Assembly: GCA_049516595.1 (NCBI GenBank)
Contig: JBEKSY010000013.1
Coordinates: 11,475 to 75,474, forward strand
Length of the DNA stretch: 64,000 nt
DNA from: Anaerolineales bacterium
GTDB lineage: Bacteria > Chloroflexota > Anaerolineae > Anaerolineales > RBG-16-64-43
Reading direction: 5' to 3'
Part shown: in pieces, positions 59,111-64,000 of the stretch
Layout of the letters: the number at the start of each line of letters is the position of its first letter
Position numbering within the stretch: position 1 is the first letter of the stretch
The notes under the pieces: model-generated
Database searches by the model: none
Seen by the model: only the letters and a program-made list of their open reading frames with translations
Told to the model about the DNA's origin: nothing
Program-made: the position numbers and the translations under genes

Positions 59111-60766
59111 ATGCCGAAAATTGGGGCATTCACTTTCGTCCTCCACTCGCACCTCCCCTACTGCCGAATGGCGGGTCGTTGGCCTCATGGCGAGGAATGG
59201 ATCCACGAGGCGGCGGCCGAGTCCTACATCCCCTTGCTGAACGCGCTCTACGATCTGCGTGAGCGGGGTATTTCTGCTCCGCTCACGATCAGCCTTACCC
59301 CGGTCCTGGCGGAGCAGCTGGCCGACGCGGACATCCAGGTCCACTTTGAACAGTATCTGAATGACAAGATCGAATGCGCCCGGCGGGATTTGCCTCGCTT
59401 TGAGGTGTCAGGCGAGGCGTCCCGGCGATCGCTGGCCAGCTTCTATCTGGATTGGTACAGCCGAGTGCTGACCAGCTTTGCCGATCGATTTCACCGAGAT
59501 CTCGTCGGCGCCTTTCGAACGTTGCAAGAGGAGGGCAGGATCGAGGTCATTACCAGCGCGGCGACCCACGGCTATCTCCCGCTCCTGGGTCGGGATGAGT
59601 CGATCTCCCTCCAATTGAAGACGGCCGTAAGCTCGTATCGGCGCCTAATGGGTCGAAATCCGCGCGCGATTTGGCTTCCGGAATGCGCCTATCGCCCGGC
59701 GAGTCGCACCGGGAGCGGGGTGTTACGGCCCGGACTCGAGGAATTCCTCCAGCGAAACGGGCTGGGTCTCTTTTTCAGTGACACCCAAGCTGTTGAAGGC
59801 GGGGAGCTGAGTGACGTGGCCGCCGGCCATGCGATCGGCCCCTATGGGCAGGTGGTGCAACGCTATGGATTCCCCCTCCAAGTGTCCGGTCCCAAGCAAC
59901 CTGGATCGTCGTATCAGCCGTACTACGTGGGCCAATCGCAGGTTGCGGTCCTTGCCCGCAACCGGGCCACCGGTCTCCAGGTCTGGAGTGCCGACTGGGG
60001 ATATCCAGGCGAGGCCGCCTATCGGGAGTTCCACAAGAAAGATGGAATCTCCGGGCTACAGTATTGGCGCGTCAGCGGAGCCCGAGTGGATCTCGGTCAG
60101 AAAGAGGTTTACGAACCCGAAAAGGCACAGCAACGTGTCCAGGAGCATGCTGACCATTTTGCCCATCTGGTCGAGAACCTTCTAGCGGACTTCCACCGGG
60201 AAAGCGGCCGGGTCGGGATCCTTACGGCAAACTACGATACCGAGTTATTTGGGCACTGGTGGTTCGAAGGAATGGACTGGGTGCGCGAGGTTCTCAAGCG
60301 ATTGGCCAATTCGTCCCAAGTGGAGCTGACGACATCCAGCGAATTCCTGACCCACCACCCTCCCCAGGAATGGGTCAATTTGCCGGAAACATCCTGGGGC
60401 GCTGGGGGCGGCCACTTCACCTGGGATAACGCCGACACCCATTGGATGTGGGAACCGATCCATCAGGCCGAGGAGCAGATGGCCCGTCTGGTGGCAAGAT
60501 ATCGTTCTCCAGCACCTGACTCTCGAGCTGCGTTAAATCAGACGGCGAGGGAGTTGCTGCTCCTGCAGTCTTCAGATTGGCCCTTCTTAGTCTCTACCGG
60601 GCAGGCCAAGGAGTACTCGATCCAAAGGTTCCGGAGCCATCTGGATCGGTTTGGTCAGCTCGCCCGCGCGCTGGAAACCGGGCAAACGCCCACCCTGTTG
60701 GCGCATGAATTCTGGCAGCTGGATCGACTCTTTGAGGATATCGACTACACATGGTTCGGGGCCTGA
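59111..60766 (+). CDS. GH57 1,4-alpha-glucan branching enzyme (DUF1957)
   Basis: LHSHLPY, WIHEA..ESY, ATHGYLP, WLPECAY, YDTELFGHWW.EG, QSSDWPF. Confidence 0.93.
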   Translation: MPKIGAFTFVLHSHLPYCRMAGRWPHGEEWIHEAAAESYIPLLNALYDLRERGISAPLTISLTPVLAEQLADADIQVHFEQYLNDKIECARRDLPRFEVSGEASRRSLASFYLDWYSRVLTSFADRFHRDLVGAFRTLQEEGRIEVITSAATHGYLPLLGRDESISLQLKTAVSSYRRLMGRNPRAIWLPECAYRPASRTGSGVLRPGLEEFLQRNGLGLFFSDTQAVEGGELSDVAAGHAIGPYGQVVQRYGFPLQVSGPKQPGSSYQPYYVGQSQVAVLARNRATGLQVWSADWGYPGEAAYREFHKKDGISGLQYWRVSGARVDLGQKEVYEPEKAQQRVQEHADHFAHLVENLLADFHRESGRVGILTANYDTELFGHWWFEGMDWVREVLKRLANSSQVELTTSSEFLTHHPPQEWVNLPETSWGAGGGHFTWDNADTHWMWEPIHQAEEQMARLVARYRSPAPDSRAALNQTARELLLLQSSDWPFLVSTGQAKEYSIQRFRSHLDRFGQLARALETGQTPTLLAHEFWQLDRLFEDIDYTWFGA

Positions 60767-62289
60767 GGGGAGCCTCGCCGAGGGACGGGACAGGGGGAGC
60801 ACCCCGGTCTGGCCTTCACGTCCTGTTCCTGGCGGCTGAGGCGGCCCCGTTCTTGAAGGTCGGCGGCTTGGGGGATATGGCCGCCGCTTTGCCGGTCCAA
60901 CTCCGCAAGATCGGCCTGGACGTTCGGTTGGCGCTCCCGCTCTATCCTCAACTGAAAGCCTTAACCCGGGGGATGAGCCCACTTGCCAGCTTCGCGGTTT
61001 CATCCTCGGCGGGGCCGATTGCCGCCCGAGCCTTCGAGATGGGACTCGATGACCTCCCGATTTATCTGGTCGACGGGGATCCCATTCGCACTAGCGATGC
61101 GGTATACCATTCCCTCCCGCAGGAGGACGCGCCCAAGTTCCTGTTCTTCTCTCTGGCCGCGCTCGAGCTAACCAAGACCATCGGGTGGGCCCCCGATGTG
61201 GTTCATGCGAACGATTGGCACACGGCCGCCTCGATCTACTGGCTGGGAATCCGAGGGAAGAAAACGCCATTTTTCGCCAGAGCGGCCACGCTCCTGACGG
61301 TCCACAACCTGCCCTACTTGGGAGATGGTATTGGAAATGCACTGGCCGTTTATGGATTGCCATCCGGTAGCGAGGTGCCAGAGTGCCTCGACACCAGCCT
61401 CCCGGACTGGGCAGGCGATGCGATCCTGCCTTTGGGATTGGCCTGCGCTGACTTGGTCACCACCGTCAGCCCGAGCTATGCCTCGGAAATCCTGACCTCC
61501 GAGTTCGGCTGCGGGCTGGAGCGGTTCCTTCGCTCCCGTTCTGACCGCCTCTTCGGGATCCTCAATGGTCTGGACATGGAGAAATGGGATCCAGCCGCCG
61601 ACCCCGACGTGCGAACGCACTTCGACGCAGCCCATCTGGAGCGCAGGGACGAAAACCGTCTCGCCTTGCTCCAGGCGTTCAACCTCGTCGGCGAGGGTCG
61701 CGAACCCATCGTGGGAATCGTCTCCCGGCTGGATGCCCAGAAGGGGCTCGACCTGGCCCTCCCGGCACTCGAAGAGTGGGCGAAGCAGGGCGGGCGCGTC
61801 GTGATCCTGGGAGCGGGTGATCGCTCGCTGGAGGAGGCTTATCGAGCGCTTGCTGAGGGGCATCCGGCTCAGGTGGGAACGGTGCTGGGCTACAACGAGC
61901 ACTTGGCGTCGCAGATCTATGCGGGAGCCGACCTCTTCCTCATGCCCTCGCGGTACGAACCGTGCGGGCTGGGGCAGATGATCGCCATGCGCTACGGATG
62001 CCCTCCCGTGGTGCGAGCCACGGGTGGACTGCGCGACACCGTCCGCGACGTCTCCTCTCCCAGAGGAACGGGATTCGTATTTGACGCGGCGACCCCCGAT
62101 GCGATCTGGGAGGGCCTGAGCCGTGCCCGAGAGTGGCATGAGTCGCCGAGTCGCTGGCGAAGGCTGCAGAGAACAGGGATGAGGCAGGATTTTGGCTGGG
62201 AGAATCCTGCGCGAGCCTATCTCTCGGCCTATCGGCGGGCGATCCGGTTTCATCGTCAAGGGGCGGCACAACCCAAGGAGGGGCGATGA
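60751..62289 (+). CDS. glgA: Glycogen synthase
   Basis: KVGGLGD, HANDWH, TVHNL, ILNG, SRL..QKG, MPSRYEPCGL. Confidence 0.94.
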   Translation: MVRGLRGASPRDGTGGAPRSGLHVLFLAAEAAPFLKVGGLGDMAAALPVQLRKIGLDVRLALPLYPQLKALTRGMSPLASFAVSSSAGPIAARAFEMGLDDLPIYLVDGDPIRTSDAVYHSLPQEDAPKFLFFSLAALELTKTIGWAPDVVHANDWHTAASIYWLGIRGKKTPFFARAATLLTVHNLPYLGDGIGNALAVYGLPSGSEVPECLDTSLPDWAGDAILPLGLACADLVTTVSPSYASEILTSEFGCGLERFLRSRSDRLFGILNGLDMEKWDPAADPDVRTHFDAAHLERRDENRLALLQAFNLVGEGREPIVGIVSRLDAQKGLDLALPALEEWAKQGGRVVILGAGDRSLEEAYRALAEGHPAQVGTVLGYNEHLASQIYAGADLFLMPSRYEPCGLGQMIAMRYGCPPVVRATGGLRDTVRDVSSPRGTGFVFDAATPDAIWEGLSRAREWHESPSRWRRLQRTGMRQDFGWENPARAYLSAYRRAIRFHRQGAAQPKEGR

Positions 62290-63542
62290 AAGTCCGAGCG
62301 GTGATCCTGGCGGGCGGGGAAGGGTCTCGCCTGGGAGTATTGACCGTCAAGCGGGCCAAGCCCGCCGTGCCCTTCGCCGGCAAATACCGCATCATCGACT
62401 TTACCCTGTCGAACTGTATCAACTCTCATATCACCGATGTGATGATCTTGGCCCAGTACCGGCCGCACTCCCTTATCGAGCACATCGGGGATGGGGGTCC
62501 GTGGGACCTAGACCGAAGTTTCACCGGTGGGGTGAAGATTTATCCTCCTTTTACGGCCAGACGCCGAACCGATTGGTATCGCGGAACCGCGGACGCCGTT
62601 CGGCAGAATCTTTCCTTCGTGGAAAGCACGCGACCTGATCTTGTGCTGATTCTGTCCGGGGATCACGTCTATGCCATGGACTACGATCCCTTGGTCTCCT
62701 TTCACCGCGATCACGGGGCGGACGCGACCATCTGCACGATTCGAGTCCCGATCGAGGAGGCCAGCCGGTTTGGAATCATCACCACTGATGACCAGTATCG
62801 CGTGACGGGATTCGTGGAGAAGCCCAAACGCCCGCAGGGCAATTTGGTGAATATGGGCGTTTATCTATTCAACATGGATGTGCTCGACCGGATGTTTGAT
62901 GAGGACCGCAGTCGCGAAACATCACGGGATGACTTTGGTAAGGACGTCTTGCCCAGCATGGTGGCGGAGGGATGCCGCTTGTTTGCGTTCCCCTACACCG
63001 GGTACTGGGTCGACGTGGGGACCTTGGAGTCCTACTGGAAAGCCCATATGGACCTCTTGGAACCCTCCCCTCCCTTGGACTTGAACAATCGCGGCTGGGT
63101 TATTCATACTCGCTCGGAGGAAAGACCGCCTGCGATGATTCGTTCGGGTGGGGTGGTCCAGGACAGCCTGGTGTCAGACGGATCCGTGATCCAGGCCAAT
63201 GCCCGGATTGAGCGCAGCGTGCTTTCCCCAGGTGTCGTCGTGGGCGAGGGCGCGCGCGTGCGCGAGTCCATCCTCCTCACCGGTACGGTGATCGAGCCCG
63301 GTGCGACCGTCGAGCGGGCCGTCATCGACAAACGGGTTCGAGTGGGTGCAGGGGCCCAGGTCGGAGAGCGCCTTGATTCGGCGGAAGGGGCCCTGGTCAG
63401 CATCGGCAAGGGAAGCGAGGTGCCGGCCGGGGCTCGCATCGGAGCCGGTGCCATTATTGGGACGGAGGTCCCCGCCGATCGAGTTCCAGCGCATCTGGAG
63501 CGGGGCAAGCAGGTCTGGGTCGAGAAAGCGCGCATCGAGTGA
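62286..63542 (+). CDS. glgC: Glucose-1-phosphate adenylyltransferase
   Basis: ILAGGEGSRL, RAKPAVPF, WYRGTADA, LSGDH, DFGKD, YWVDVGT; C-terminal left-handed beta-helix. Confidence 0.95.
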   Translation: MKVRAVILAGGEGSRLGVLTVKRAKPAVPFAGKYRIIDFTLSNCINSHITDVMILAQYRPHSLIEHIGDGGPWDLDRSFTGGVKIYPPFTARRRTDWYRGTADAVRQNLSFVESTRPDLVLILSGDHVYAMDYDPLVSFHRDHGADATICTIRVPIEEASRFGIITTDDQYRVTGFVEKPKRPQGNLVNMGVYLFNMDVLDRMFDEDRSRETSRDDFGKDVLPSMVAEGCRLFAFPYTGYWVDVGTLESYWKAHMDLLEPSPPLDLNNRGWVIHTRSEERPPAMIRSGGVVQDSLVSDGSVIQANARIERSVLSPGVVVGEGARVRESILLTGTVIEPGATVERAVIDKRVRVGAGAQVGERLDSAEGALVSIGKGSEVPAGARIGAGAIIGTEVPADRVPAHLERGKQVWVEKARIE

Positions 63543-64000
63543 CTCGCGAGCCCAGGAGATCGGGGATCCTACTCCACCCGACCTCGCTGCCGGGACGGTT
63601 CGCGATCGGCGACATGGGACCGGGGGCCCGGAACTGGATCAGTTACCTGGCCGGGTCCCAGCAATCCCTGTGGCAGGTCCTGCCCCTGGGTCCCACCGGG
63701 TACGGCGACTCCCCATATCAGAGTTTGTCCGCCTTTGCGGGGAACCCTATGCTGATCAGCCCGGACCGCCTTCAGGCGGATGGGCTCCTGGGGGCAGGCG
63801 ACCTGGATCGCCTCCCCAACTCTCCGACGGGCCGCATTGATTACGCCCAGGTGATTGATTACAAGGGTCAATTGCTGGATCGGGCCTTCGAGAACTTCAA
63901 AACCGGCAAGGCGCATGGGCTAAAGGCGGCTTTTGAGGCCTTTCGGCACAGCGAGGGCGAATGGCTGGAGGATTTCGCCTTGTTCATGGCCATCAAGCAC
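63539..64000 (+). CDS. malQ: 4-alpha-glucanotransferase (amylomaltase, GH77), truncated by the window end
   Basis: Hand translation: RRSGILLHPTSLPG..IGDMG...WQVLPLGPTGYGDSPYQSLSAFAGNP; GTGA overlap with glgC. Confidence 0.93.
   Translation, partial: MTREPRRSGILLHPTSLPGRFAIGDMGPGARNWISYLAGSQQSLWQVLPLGPTGYGDSPYQSLSAFAGNPMLISPDRLQADGLLGAGDLDRLPNSPTGRIDYAQVIDYKGQLLDRAFENFKTGKAHGLKAAFEAFRHSEGEWLEDFALFMAIKH

Noticed and set aside
1-64000. CRISPR arrays, IS elements, integrases, prophage, or attachment-site duplications at tRNA-Glu/tRNA-Sec
   Set aside because: No regularly spaced repeats, transposase/integrase motifs or tRNA 3'-end duplications were seen by eye.

Overview
GC-rich bacterial chromosomal window. 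Gene content and protein style point to Chloroflexota, probably Anaerolineae (inference). It is mostly core and housekeeping genes: rplU-rpmA-rpmE, tdk, hpt, a tRNA nucleotidyltransferase, metG, an RpoD-like sigma factor, fabI, trxB, ftsH, secG, tRNA-Glu and tRNA-Sec. It also carries a sulfur-carrier cysteine operon (cysteine synthase, JAB peptidase, ThiS/MoaD, MoeZ) and an alpha-glucan/glycogen cluster (two GH57, GH13, glgA, glgC, malQ). I saw no mobile element, CRISPR array or rRNA. The most unusual items are: (1) a ~480-nt promoter-driven, densely base-paired non-coding region between tRNA-Glu and cinA/pncC, a candidate large ncRNA; (2) ribosomal protein L31 fused to an RNA polymerase alpha-CTD-like domain with the DNA-binding residues retained; (3) a small protein without a ThiS/MoaD-like sequence, ending in Gly-Gly-Cys, inside the JAB/E1/sulfur-carrier operon; (4) a conservon-like DUF4388-GTPase-V4R module; (5) a degenerate DNA-methyltransferase-like protein. 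All calls come from reading motifs by eye; no database searches or folding programs were run.
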